From positions 7,115 to 71,114 of the forward strand of contig CACWNQ010000019.1 of assembly GCA_902762385.1 (NCBI GenBank): DNA of 64,000 nucleotides, in the 5' to 3' direction. The notes under the pieces are model-generated. The model was not told the origin of the DNA and searched no databases. It was given only the letters and a program-made list of their open reading frames with translations. Below, piece after piece: positions 49,423-59,817 of the stretch. Both the position numbers and the translations under genes were made by a program. This DNA comes from an uncultured Bacteroidales bacterium (GTDB lineage: Bacteria > Bacteroidota > Bacteroidia > Bacteroidales > Muribaculaceae). The stretch's first letter is position 1; each line of letters starts with the position of its first letter.

Positions 49423-51732
49423 TCATCTCACAATAAGCACTTTGGCAGTGCCGCCACCTGATCCGTCGGCTTGAGAGGCGAGGATAGTGTATACGCCAGT
49501 CGGAACAAGGTCGCCCTCATAGTTGCATCCATCCCAGCTCACCATGCCACCTGTCGACTTGAGCGAACGAATCACGTTGCCCGATGGGTCGGCAATCTTC
49601 ACGAGTGAGTCGTCCATCAGACCGGTGATGTTGATTGGACCTCCATAGTCGGGGCGCACTGGATTAGGATAAGCATAGATATTGTTGAAATTAGCCTGAC
49701 CGGGAGTTGCATCGCTCTTGTATTCAGCAACACCAAGTGGAGTTGTCACAAATACCGAGTTGCCAGTGGGATCGCAGCACACCTGATAAATTTCGTTGCT
49801 GCCTATCACGCTATTGGTGGCATTGAAGTTTTTGAGCACCTGTTGTCCATCGGCACTAACAAGGAACAGGCCCGAAGCCTCGGTACCTATCCACTTGCGA
49901 TTGGCACCATCTACTGCAATGCAATTAACAGTCTGGCCGTCGAGCAGATAGTCGGCAAGGTTGGTGCCATCATTACGAGGCACCTTGATATGGGTAACGT
50001 GGAAGTCGGCATTAAAAGCCTTGCTGGGGTCGAACGATATCATTCCGCTTGTTGTTCCCATCCACACGAGGCCTGAATTGTCGGTAGCCAGTGAACGAAT
50101 CTCATACCAGTCCAAGCTCTTTCCATCCTGATCGGTGAGCGCTCCCGAGGCAAACGAGATGCTCTTGTTGAGCGAGAGGTCGCTGTTGTTGTTCCACAAC
50201 ACGAGAGCCTCACCATATTGTCCGCTAGTGAACACCTTGGTGTCACCATTGCCTATGGTAAACTGCGAACGCTTGAAACCCTCAGAATTAAGGTTGCGGA
50301 TGTGAGAGCTAGTATTGAAAATAAAATCCTGCGCTGTGATTTGCGACTTGGCTTGCTTGGCGGGAGTAAGAACCCTTACAGGATGCTCATTGTCACGAGT
50401 TTGCACTATCCACAGGTTGCCATGTGAATCAAAGCGCAATGCCGCCATGCGATCGTTAATTCCACACGAAGCGTTATTTAGATTGACCACAATCTTGTCA
50501 TTAGCAATCTTCAGGAATCCCTTCTTACGGGTGCTTATGAAGTAAGTGTTATCCTCATTGGGCGACATAACCGGCCAGTAACAACCCTCATCGGGCTCGG
50601 GCACTCCATCGGGGGTCACATTGTGCCAAAAGTTGCCATCAAAAGTGTTGATTTGAGTCACCCCAACCAAATCGTCAAGAATCACATTGTCGGCAGTACT
50701 GGTAAGGTATAACTTACTGTTAGCCACATCATATTCCATCCAGAATGGCACTCCCGAGATTGAGATGGCATTAGGCAAAATATTGTCGGTCAATGTGTCG
50801 CCATTATAGTGCTTCAGCCCCTGAGCATCAAGCACCCACATGCCGCTGCCACCTTCGCTGCTGGAGTAAATGCCTGCGCCCTCGTGGCGAGCAGCATTGT
50901 CGCCAGCGGCGCTGGTGGTGTAGTAATAGTCGGCATTCTTAAAACTTGCCACATAGCCACCATCACTCATCTTATTCACAGTAACAGGACGCCCTGAAGC
51001 CACCTTCGTAGCACTGAAGCTGAGCCTGCCGTTGTCCTCAGTTGCAGTAACCACAGCGAGCTGGTCGGTGGCAAGGACAAAGAAGCGATTATCGCCAATA
51101 GGAATCATGGGCCCCACAAGCCCTACCCATGCCGAACTGAAATCACTCATCTGCTGGATGTGCTTTGACACAGGAGCATAGTGGAAATTCCCTCCTTGAT
51201 TAATTATCAAGTATTTGCCCAAAATCATCGCTCCTTCCATTGCTTTGTCAGAAATATAAGAAGATATCACCTCGAGCTTGCTGTCATTGATAATCACAAA
51301 GCCGAAATCGGTTGCTACAATTGCCATATTTGGAGCAGCAAAAGTAATGCTATTGATGGTCTTAGATGTACTAATGTCGGCATTCTTGATGTCGCTTATG
51401 TTGCTCACATCGCCATTTCGCAAGTTGATAACATCGATGTTAGAGTTCTGGTAAGCGACCATGATATAGTTCTTGTCGGCATTAAAGTAAATGTTCTCCA
51501 CTCCCGAGTCATTAAGATAGTTGGCCCGGTTAAGGTGCTCATTCTCCTGAGTTTCTTTGTCATAGCGATACAGGTTTCCACTAGCAAGGTAATACACCTC
51601 GTCGCCTGTGTCGATACAGTTGGTGATGTTCTCGCCGGCAAAAATGGGATGCAAGACCCATTTTCCATAGTCATCCTGCGCTTGTGAAACCATCGCAGCC
51701 AATGCTATTACCAATGTGAGGATATACTTCAT
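49423..51732 (-). CDS. PorZ-like T9SS beta-propeller protein, paralog 1
   Basis: Signal peptide, W.LHP.F, propeller repeats (IAVDGANRKWIGT..GLF), T9SS CTD NIYAYPNPVRP...WDG.N..G..V.TGVY...KVLIVR. Confidence 0.78.
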   Translation of the reverse strand: MKYILTLVIALAAMVSQAQDDYGKWVLHPIFAGENITNCIDTGDEVYYLASGNLYRYDKETQENEHLNRANYLNDSGVENIYFNADKNYIMVAYQNSNIDVINLRNGDVSNISDIKNADISTSKTINSITFAAPNMAIVATDFGFVIINDSKLEVISSYISDKAMEGAMILGKYLIINQGGNFHYAPVSKHIQQMSDFSSAWVGLVGPMIPIGDNRFFVLATDQLAVVTATEDNGRLSFSATKVASGRPVTVNKMSDGGYVASFKNADYYYTTSAAGDNAARHEGAGIYSSSEGGSGMWVLDAQGLKHYNGDTLTDNILPNAISISGVPFWMEYDVANSKLYLTSTADNVILDDLVGVTQINTFDGNFWHNVTPDGVPEPDEGCYWPVMSPNEDNTYFISTRKKGFLKIANDKIVVNLNNASCGINDRMAALRFDSHGNLWIVQTRDNEHPVRVLTPAKQAKSQITAQDFIFNTSSHIRNLNSEGFKRSQFTIGNGDTKVFTSGQYGEALVLWNNNSDLSLNKSISFASGALTDQDGKSLDWYEIRSLATDNSGLVWMGTTSGMISFDPSKAFNADFHVTHIKVPRNDGTNLADYLLDGQTVNCIAVDGANRKWIGTEASGLFLVSADGQQVLKNFNATNSVIGSNEIYQVCCDPTGNSVFVTTPLGVAEYKSDATPGQANFNNIYAYPNPVRPDYGGPINITGLMDDSLVKIADPSGNVIRSLKSTGGMVSWDGCNYEGDLVPTGVYTILASQADGSGGGTAKVLIVR

Positions 51733-51814
51733 TGTTTCTTTTTTGAAATATAAAGGAGTTACAAGAATTAGATGGGCAAAAGTGTTATGCCCTAAAAACT
51801 TACAACCTGGTTAT

Positions 51815-54202
51815 TTATCTTATCACAGCAATTTTTGTCACGGGTTTCTCACGCCCTGTGATTTGCCCCTGAGAGGCATACACCTTGTAGGTGCCAGTCT
51901 TAACAGGCACTCCCTGCTCATTGCACACATCCCAAATGGCAACTCCACCTATTGATGTAGTAGTTGCCACAGTGTTGCCAGCAGCATCGGTAATAACCAC
52001 ATTAGAATTCTCCATCAAGCCCTTGATGGTTACATATCCTGTGAATGTTGACTGCACTGGATTAGGATAAGCATAAACATTGTTATAGTCGGCCTCCGAT
52101 GGTGTCATGTCGTTGAAGTATTCAACCACGCCATTAGCTGTGACAATTACCACTGAGTTGGTAGCACGGTTACAGCACACGCTATAAATCTGATCGGTAG
52201 GCAATGGACTGTTAGTATTGTCAAAGTGCTTAATAATCTCAGAACCATCGGCACTTACCAAGAACACACCATTGGTGTTAGTGCCAATCCACTTGCGGTT
52301 AAACTCGTCAACATCAATGCAGTTGACCTGAGTACCCTCAAGAAGCACCTCGTTAACCTGCGCGCCCTCGTTTATAGTCACCTTGTTACGAGTTATTCTA
52401 AAGTCGGTGTTGAATGCCTCTTGTGGGTCAAAAGATATAATGCCACTTACTGTGCCAACCCATATGCGGCGCTCGTTATCAGCTTTGATATAAGTCCATC
52501 CGTAAGTGGAAAATGGTTTATTATCCTGATCATTGAATGAGTTGAATATCTTATATTGCTTCACACTCAAATCATCGTTATTGTTCCAAATTATGAGAGG
52601 GGCATTATAATTACCAGTCGAGAACACCTTTGTATCTCCAGCACCTATGTCAAAGACCATTCGCTTGTAACTATCGCCTGGATCCTTAAGTATTTTTCCC
52701 ATATCATTAACAATAAAACTATTGGGGGTCACTTCATTGAGGGCTTGTTTCTCAGCAGTAATGACAACGGCATCGGGTGAGGGGTCAGGCGTTGGGGCTT
52801 TAAATCCGGCATAAGGTTGAGCCGACCACAAATTACCATTAGAGTCAAATGCTATAGACGTAGCTCTCATGCTCACACGAGAGTTGCTATTGTCAGAGTT
52901 ATATCTAGCTACAATAATGTCGTTCTGAACCTTGGCAATACCTCCAGTCTTACGTGAGCAGTAGAAATATGTGTTAGGCTCGTTAGGTGATACTTTAATC
53001 CAGTAGTTGCCTCCAAAATCCCCAATGTTAGGGGGAGTTATATTTCTCCATTGAGTGCCGTCATAAGAGTTGATTTCGGTATTAGTCGATGAATCCCACT
53101 GATCAAGAACATTGTTCTCTGAAGTGCGACACAGTAGCACTCGCTGCTGGTAAGGGTCATAAGTTGTCCAGTAAGCACGCTTCTTAATACTGATACCATT
53201 AGGCTCTCGAGGGTCATCCTTCACCCCTCCCACAATGTGAACAAGACCAGCAGGTTCCAATGCCCACCAGTTACCGCTCTCATGCGAGGAGTAAGCACCT
53301 TCACCACTATGCTTGGTGGGATTACCACCATCAGGATCAAAGGTGTAGTAATAATCCCTAAAAACCTTTATCTTTGTTCCATAATCACCATCAACAGTAT
53401 AATAATAATTACTTGCCACAAAACCCGATGGAGTACGCTGAACTGTGCTAGGGATCTCGTCAGGCATCTTAGTGGTCGTGAAGGTAAGCTTGCCTTCACC
53501 ATCAGCACTCATCGACACTCGATAAAGCGCGGTTGGAGTAAGAAGGAAGAACTTGGTGTTATTGATGGGAACTATACTGCCATTGCCCACAGGATTATCG
53601 GCTTGCTCGTGCCATCTAGCTTGCTCAACCTGCTCATTGGCACCACAATAGTAAAACTTTCCTCCCAAGCACATTATCTTATAATCACCCACTACCGATA
53701 CAGACGACACACTCAGATCATAGTTTCTCACTTCGCTAACCGAGAAATTAGTCTCGTCAATAACGATATATCCGAATGAGGTGGCAACATAGGCCTTTCC
53801 TTTGCCAAAAGAAATATCATTGATCACCTTCGCCTTAGGAAGCACTACGTCTTTAATGGCGCTCACATTTACCAAACTACCATCACTCTTGATGATGTCG
53901 ATATTACAATTATCATAAGTGATGAATAAATCACCCACTATGTAATCATAATAAATCTGATTGATATTCTCATCATTTATAACGTTAGTGGCATCAATAG
54001 GCAGGTTACTATGTTTCGATTTATCATAGCAAAAGAGGCTACCTTTTGATAGGTAGTAAACATGATGTACAGCATCAACACAGTTAGTAACATCATTACC
54101 AACAAAGTAAGGATGTATTTTCCATTGCCCAACACCAATCTGGGCGTTTGCTATCAAGGTTACTAGCGAAAGTGCTAGCACGAAAAAGGTTTTACGCATC
54201 AT
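51815..54202 (-). CDS. PorZ-like T9SS beta-propeller protein, paralog 2
   Basis: Same architecture; IDVDEFNRKWIGTNTNGVF; NVYAYPNPV...KIAVIR. Confidence 0.78.
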   Translation of the reverse strand: MMRKTFFVLALSLVTLIANAQIGVGQWKIHPYFVGNDVTNCVDAVHHVYYLSKGSLFCYDKSKHSNLPIDATNVINDENINQIYYDYIVGDLFITYDNCNIDIIKSDGSLVNVSAIKDVVLPKAKVINDISFGKGKAYVATSFGYIVIDETNFSVSEVRNYDLSVSSVSVVGDYKIMCLGGKFYYCGANEQVEQARWHEQADNPVGNGSIVPINNTKFFLLTPTALYRVSMSADGEGKLTFTTTKMPDEIPSTVQRTPSGFVASNYYYTVDGDYGTKIKVFRDYYYTFDPDGGNPTKHSGEGAYSSHESGNWWALEPAGLVHIVGGVKDDPREPNGISIKKRAYWTTYDPYQQRVLLCRTSENNVLDQWDSSTNTEINSYDGTQWRNITPPNIGDFGGNYWIKVSPNEPNTYFYCSRKTGGIAKVQNDIIVARYNSDNSNSRVSMRATSIAFDSNGNLWSAQPYAGFKAPTPDPSPDAVVITAEKQALNEVTPNSFIVNDMGKILKDPGDSYKRMVFDIGAGDTKVFSTGNYNAPLIIWNNNDDLSVKQYKIFNSFNDQDNKPFSTYGWTYIKADNERRIWVGTVSGIISFDPQEAFNTDFRITRNKVTINEGAQVNEVLLEGTQVNCIDVDEFNRKWIGTNTNGVFLVSADGSEIIKHFDNTNSPLPTDQIYSVCCNRATNSVVIVTANGVVEYFNDMTPSEADYNNVYAYPNPVQSTFTGYVTIKGLMENSNVVITDAAGNTVATTTSIGGVAIWDVCNEQGVPVKTGTYKVYASQGQITGREKPVTKIAVIR

Positions 54203-54387
54203 ATATGATTATTTATTATTATATTATATAACGATAAAAAATACCCTAAAATTGTGTTTTATATATATAAAAGGCACTCTGCTACAAAAAACAGAGTCTC
54301 AGCACTACTATAGATACTGAAACCCTGTTTTTCTTTATAAGTATGTGACTCGGCAAGCGAGAATACTTTGAGACTTCTCGTTGCGTC

Positions 54388-56709
54388 TTACCTGATTATC
54401 GAAATCTTTGTCAATGGCTCGCCAGTAATGTCGGTCTCGCCTTGTGATGCATATACCTTGTAGACTCCTGTACCCACACGCACATTGTTGTTGTCATAAC
54501 CATCCCACAAGGCAATGCCACCATCCGAAACCATTGTCTTAACGACATTGCCATCGTCGTCGATAATCACAACGTTAGAGTTTGCCATCAATTCCTTGAT
54601 AGTGATATAACCTGTATAATCGGGCTCTACGAGATTGGGATAAGCATACACGTTACTGTAGTCGTAGGCAGCAGGGGTAACATCGCAATAATATTCTACA
54701 ACGCCCTTTGGAGTTACAATAAGTACCGAATTTGTAGCGCGATTGCAGCATACACTGTAAACTTGGTCGGCTGGTAACGGACTGTTGGTTGTGTCGAAGT
54801 GCTTGTACACCTCCGATCCGTCGGGACTCACATAGTATACACCCGAGGCATTGGTGGCAATCCACTTATTGTTATTGGCATCCACGTCGATGAAATTCAC
54901 CTGCAAACCCTCACACAGAACTCCGGCAGCATCTACACCTTCGCTCCTGGTGTAGTTGATGCGGTTAATTCGGAAATCATCGTTGAATGCCTCCAAAGGA
55001 TTGAGTGATACCACACCACTTACCGTACCAAGCCATACCATGCCCTCATTGTCGGCCTTGATATATACCCATCCCCAAGGTGCGAAGTTCATGTTGTTTT
55101 GGTCATTAAATGAAGAGAACTCCTTAAACTGTTTCAAGCTCAGGTCTTCGTTATTATTCCAGATGATAACTGGAGAATTGTAATCGCCTGCCGAGTACAC
55201 TTTAGTATCACCAGCACCAATGTCGAAAGCGAAACGCTTGAAACCCGAACTATAGCAAGCTCCACCCATGTCATTGATGACAAACTTCGAAGAATCAACT
55301 ACGGTTAGGAGCTGATTCTCAGGAGTTATTGCCATGGCATCAATATTGTTAGCACTGCGCGACTGAGGCATCCATAGATTACCCTGAGAATCAAACCTCA
55401 ATGCCACACAACGAGTTGCGTAAGGACTATTACTAGCATTATATCTTACTACAACTCTATCATTCTGGACCTTACACACACCATATGTTGAGCGACAGCA
55501 GTAATAGTAGGTATTGGGCTCATTGGGTGAAACAACAATGTCCTTATTGCCTTGGTTACTAGGAGCTCCTATTGGGGTAATCTTGCTCCATGAGGTACCA
55601 TCATAGGAGTTTATCTCTGTAATAGCACCATAATTGGCTTCCTCAAGCACAAAATTGTCGGTAGTGCGGCTCAACAACACACGTTGTTGATAGGGATCAT
55701 AAGTGCTATAATAAGCATTGGCACTGATGCTGATGCCACTAGGACTTACATACCCGCCAGAAACCCCATTCTCTATATGGGCCAACCCGTTAGCTCCAAG
55801 CACCCACCAATTGCCTTCTTCTTGGCTAGAGTGAATCTCGTTGCCAGTGACCTTAGTGAATGTACTTCCATCCGGAACAATGGTGTAATAGTAGTTATTA
55901 GCACCAAAACTTGCCACATAACCAGCTGGATAGGGCTGAACTGTGACAGGTGCAGCTGCCTCCACCTGCTTGAAGGTGAAGTTGAGAGTATCTACCCCAA
56001 GGTCGTCGGTGCCATGACCTATTGTCACAATCTGAAGTGTACTATTACATGAAAGGAAGAATTTGGTGCTATCGATGGGATAAATGAGTCCATTCCCTTT
56101 GGGGTTTGCAACTTGCTTATGCCATCGTGCAGCCTCAATTTGCTCGTTTACACCACAATAATAGAACTTGTTTGCAAGGCTCATCAACTTGTAGCCCCCC
56201 ACTTGAGCAACCGAAGGCACATTGACCTCATAGTTACGCACCTCTTTCACATCGAAGGTCTCATCGTCGAGAGTTATGTATCCAAACGATGTTGCGACAT
56301 AAATCTTCCCATCACCAAATGTAATGTCGTTGATAGTCTTGGTCTTGTGCATCACTACTTCTTTAATGGCGGGAACATTTATGACCTCACCACTGGAAAG
56401 AATAATGTCGATGTTACAATTGTTGTAGGCAATTACAAGATACTGCTTGTTATAATTAAAATAGATTTGGTTGACGTTTATATCGTTGAGAATGTTGTTA
56501 GCATCAAGCACATTATTGCTCTGCGATTCCTTGTCATAGCAGTAGAGACTGCCACTTGCCAAATAATAGACTTTAGCTCCAGCATCGATACAGTTCTTGG
56601 CATTGCCACCAACAAAATAGGGATGGATTTTCCATTGTCCTGCACCAAGCTGAGCATTTGCCAGCAATGGCAACGACACGAAAATCGCAATGAGTAATTT
56701 CTTTATCAT
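54388..56709 (-). CDS. PorZ-like T9SS beta-propeller protein, paralog 3
   Basis: Same architecture; IDVDANNNKWIATNASGVY; NVYAYPNLV...KISIIR. Confidence 0.78.
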   Translation of the reverse strand: MIKKLLIAIFVSLPLLANAQLGAGQWKIHPYFVGGNAKNCIDAGAKVYYLASGSLYCYDKESQSNNVLDANNILNDINVNQIYFNYNKQYLVIAYNNCNIDIILSSGEVINVPAIKEVVMHKTKTINDITFGDGKIYVATSFGYITLDDETFDVKEVRNYEVNVPSVAQVGGYKLMSLANKFYYCGVNEQIEAARWHKQVANPKGNGLIYPIDSTKFFLSCNSTLQIVTIGHGTDDLGVDTLNFTFKQVEAAAPVTVQPYPAGYVASFGANNYYYTIVPDGSTFTKVTGNEIHSSQEEGNWWVLGANGLAHIENGVSGGYVSPSGISISANAYYSTYDPYQQRVLLSRTTDNFVLEEANYGAITEINSYDGTSWSKITPIGAPSNQGNKDIVVSPNEPNTYYYCCRSTYGVCKVQNDRVVVRYNASNSPYATRCVALRFDSQGNLWMPQSRSANNIDAMAITPENQLLTVVDSSKFVINDMGGACYSSGFKRFAFDIGAGDTKVYSAGDYNSPVIIWNNNEDLSLKQFKEFSSFNDQNNMNFAPWGWVYIKADNEGMVWLGTVSGVVSLNPLEAFNDDFRINRINYTRSEGVDAAGVLCEGLQVNFIDVDANNNKWIATNASGVYYVSPDGSEVYKHFDTTNSPLPADQVYSVCCNRATNSVLIVTPKGVVEYYCDVTPAAYDYSNVYAYPNLVEPDYTGYITIKELMANSNVVIIDDDGNVVKTMVSDGGIALWDGYDNNNVRVGTGVYKVYASQGETDITGEPLTKISIIR

Positions 56710-56812
56710 AATCTTGGGGTAAAATATAATTTCTTTTTTTATCTAATTATCTAACGTAAAATACATTATTAAATTGTGTAAAAGATTCACTTAGTTAAGC
56801 CGAATAATAAAT

Positions 56813-57280
56813 CTAATACCTCATCTCATGCTCAACAATATTGCGGGCACTATTTTTAAATGAGAACTTGCTCCACTGGCCAGTGACACTGCTTTCATAG
56901 CGAACATACATCTTGTTGTCGACTGGGAAATAGTCGACAACCACGTGACCATTGTAGTTATCCTCCCTACCACCTAGAGCCGAAGCTTTACCCTTCTTTT
57001 CCTCTATGGTTAACTTATCATCTATTATGATTGCGATAAGGTTTACTGTCTCACCATCAACAAGATGGAGGCCGGTGCGCTCTATCGTAACAGTGCCATC
57101 GGCATTAGCAGTAAGCTTAATTGTTCCCATGTCACCAACTTCGCCATCAAACCTTTCAAGTTCCAGTGAATTGATGCGAGATGTTGCAGGCTTAATGCGC
57201 TTCTGACTCAGGAAAAAGCCGATCAGGCCCATTGCCACACAAAAAGCTATAGCATAAAATTCAATTGATGTAAAGTCCAT
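56813..57280 (-). CDS. Hypothetical protein with N-terminal TM anchor
   Basis: Hydrophobic residues about 6-23, then a beta-rich soluble domain. Confidence 0.6.
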   Translation of the reverse strand: MDFTSIEFYAIAFCVAMGLIGFFLSQKRIKPATSRINSLELERFDGEVGDMGTIKLTANADGTVTIERTGLHLVDGETVNLIAIIIDDKLTIEEKKGKASALGGREDNYNGHVVVDYFPVDNKMYVRYESSVTGQWSKFSFKNSARNIVEHEMRY

Positions 57281-57472
57281 AATTGGTCAAAGTTAGACAA
57301 ATTCTTTGAGATAACTTCAGTTTTAACAAAAAATATCACATTTTTGTCGTTCAGCCTCCCTTCACAGTAATATGCATACATCATGTTTTAGCATTTTTTG
57401 TTTCTTTTTGAATTATTTCCTAGTAAAATTGAGTAAACGACAATAATTATTGCTACTTTTGCACTTGGAAAA

Positions 57473-58447
57473 ATGATAAAACTCAACGACATAAAACAAT
57501 CGATTGACGCTGAACTTACTCAGCTCAATATCATTATCAACGACACGTTGCGCAGCGACAACCCGCTCATGAATGCTATCGTGTCTAATTATCTCAAGAC
57601 CAAAGGTAAGCAACTGAGGCCTATGCTCGTGTTGCTAAGTGGTAGGCTATTTGGTGGCATCAATAATCAAGTGATTACCGCTGGCGCTGCAATCGAAATG
57701 CTTCATAATGCCTCGCTCATACACGATGATGTGATCGATCAGAGCAAGCAGCGACGCGGTGTTGACACCATCAACGGCGTGTGGGACAACCATGTGGCTG
57801 TTCTGGTGGGTGACTTCTTTGTGAGTCGAGCACTAGTATGTGCTGTTAAGACGGGTGACAGCAACATCTTAAAGGTGCTTGCCTCGCTCGGTGCCGATCT
57901 CTCACTTGGAGAGATTGACCAATTCGACACTGCACGTCATCACACCATCAGCGAGGACGCCTACTTCAATATCATTGGCAAGAAAACAGCATCGCTTTTC
58001 ACTAGCTGTGTAGAAGTGGGAGGACTGGCAGCAGGAGCACATCCAGAGCAACTCACCAACATAAAGGAATATGCCCGACTACTGGGCCTGTGTTTCCAAA
58101 TAAAGGACGACACGTTCGACTATTTCAACGATACCGTAGTGGGCAAGCCCACTGGCAACGACTTGCGCGAGGGCAAGGTAACGTTACCCCTAATCTATGC
58201 TCTGTCGCAACGCCACAACGCCAAGCGCAACGAGATGATGCAAATCCTCACAAAGGGCAACTACAACACCAACGAGATAGAGAAACTGGTTGAATGGGCA
58301 AAAGCATGTGGTGGCATCGATTATGCAAACTTGAAGATGCGCGAGCTTTGCAACAAGGCCGAGTCGCTGCTCGACGAGTATGGCGACAACGACACTACGC
58401 GTGCATTAAAATCCATATTCCATTACATTATCGAGCGAAATAAATGA
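57473..58447 (+). CDS. Long-chain polyprenyl diphosphate synthase (IspB/HepST-like)
   Basis: GKQLRP, ASLIHDDVID..QRRG, FQIKDD, GNDLREGKVTLP. Confidence 0.92.
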   Translation: MIKLNDIKQSIDAELTQLNIIINDTLRSDNPLMNAIVSNYLKTKGKQLRPMLVLLSGRLFGGINNQVITAGAAIEMLHNASLIHDDVIDQSKQRRGVDTINGVWDNHVAVLVGDFFVSRALVCAVKTGDSNILKVLASLGADLSLGEIDQFDTARHHTISEDAYFNIIGKKTASLFTSCVEVGGLAAGAHPEQLTNIKEYARLLGLCFQIKDDTFDYFNDTVVGKPTGNDLREGKVTLPLIYALSQRHNAKRNEMMQILTKGNYNTNEIEKLVEWAKACGGIDYANLKMRELCNKAESLLDEYGDNDTTRALKSIFHYIIERNK

Positions 58448-58531
58448 ATCTATAAGGACTATTTCTTTTGAAATGATTCCTTTAATTCTTTTTACTTATC
58501 AGATTCCTTTCAATTAAAAAAATAACAAACT

Positions 58532-59728
58532 ATGAACAAAGTAATCATCATTGGCTGCGGCGGTGTGGGAACCGTAGTGGCACACAAATGCGCCAAAAAT
58601 CCCGACGTGTTTAATGAGATAGTCATTGCATCTCGACACAAGGCGAAATGCGATGCAGTGGCACAGGCCATTGGAGCACCAAACATCACAACCGACGAAG
58701 TCGACGCCGACAGCGTGGAGCAGCTAGTGGCTTTGTTCAAGCGCCATCAGCCCAAACTAGTGATTAACGTAGCACTACCCTATCAAGACCTTACCATCAT
58801 GGATGCATGTCTGGAGTGTGGAGTCAACTATCTTGACACTGCCAACTATGAACCACGTGATGAAGCCCATTTCGAGTACAGTTGGCAATGGGCCTACCGT
58901 GAGCGTTTCGAGAAGGCTGGTCTTACAGCAATCTTGGGCTGTGGTTTTGATCCAGGTGTGAGTGGTGTCTATACTGCTCGTGCAGCCAAGCATCACTTCA
59001 AGGAAATTCACTACCTTGATATTGTTGACTGCAACGCTGGTAACCATGGCAAGGCTTTTGCCACCAACTTCAATCCTGAAATCAACATACGCGAAATAAC
59101 TCAGAAGGGCCGCTACTACCAGGACGGCAAGTGGGTGCAGACTGGTGCGCTCGAAATTCACAAACCTCTGACCTATCCCGAGATAGGACCACGCGAGAGC
59201 TACCTGATGTATCACGAGGAACTTGAGTCGTTGGTTATAAATTATCCAACTATTAAGCGAGCAAGATTCTGGATGACATTCGGTGAGGAATACCTCACCC
59301 ACCTGCGTGTGATTCAAGACATTGGCATGGCACGCATCGACCCAGTGATGTATAAAGGCATGGAAATAGTGCCACTACAGTTCCTCAAGGCAGTACTTCC
59401 CAATCCTCAAGATTTAGGAGAAAACTATACAGGACAAACTTCAATTGGCTGCCGCATTAGTGGAATTGGCAAGGATGGCAAGCCATTGACCTATTACATT
59501 TACAACAACTGCGACCATCACGCAGCATTCGAGGAAACCGGTATGCAAGCTGTCAGCTACACTACTGGTGTGCCAGCTATGACAGGCGCCATGATGTTCC
59601 TCAAGGGGCTGTGGTGCAAGCCTGGTGTACACAATGTCGAGGAATTCGACCCTGACCCATTCTTGCAAGTGCTCAACGAGCAAGGTCTACCCTGGCACGA
59701 ACTATTCAACATCGATCTCGAGCTGTAA
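58532..59728 (+). CDS. Saccharopine dehydrogenase family protein, likely carboxy(nor)spermidine dehydrogenase
   Basis: IIGCGGVG, NVALPYQD, YLDTANYE, GCGFDPG, FATNFNPEINIRE, AVSYTTGVPA. Confidence 0.88.
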   Translation: MNKVIIIGCGGVGTVVAHKCAKNPDVFNEIVIASRHKAKCDAVAQAIGAPNITTDEVDADSVEQLVALFKRHQPKLVINVALPYQDLTIMDACLECGVNYLDTANYEPRDEAHFEYSWQWAYRERFEKAGLTAILGCGFDPGVSGVYTARAAKHHFKEIHYLDIVDCNAGNHGKAFATNFNPEINIREITQKGRYYQDGKWVQTGALEIHKPLTYPEIGPRESYLMYHEELESLVINYPTIKRARFWMTFGEEYLTHLRVIQDIGMARIDPVMYKGMEIVPLQFLKAVLPNPQDLGENYTGQTSIGCRISGIGKDGKPLTYYIYNNCDHHAAFEETGMQAVSYTTGVPAMTGAMMFLKGLWCKPGVHNVEEFDPDPFLQVLNEQGLPWHELFNIDLEL

Positions 59729-59743
59729 ACAGCTTCCTATAAC

Positions 59744-59779
59744 AAGAAAGACTGAATCTTGCAAGATTCAGTCTTTCTT
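59744..59779. terminator. Perfect 36-bp palindrome, bidirectional terminator
   Basis: aagaaagactgaatcttg / caagattcagtctttctt between convergent genes. Confidence 0.8.
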
Positions 59780-59817
59780 TATATTTTTCAAAATATGTTT
59801 CTATTTTTTAGCACCAA

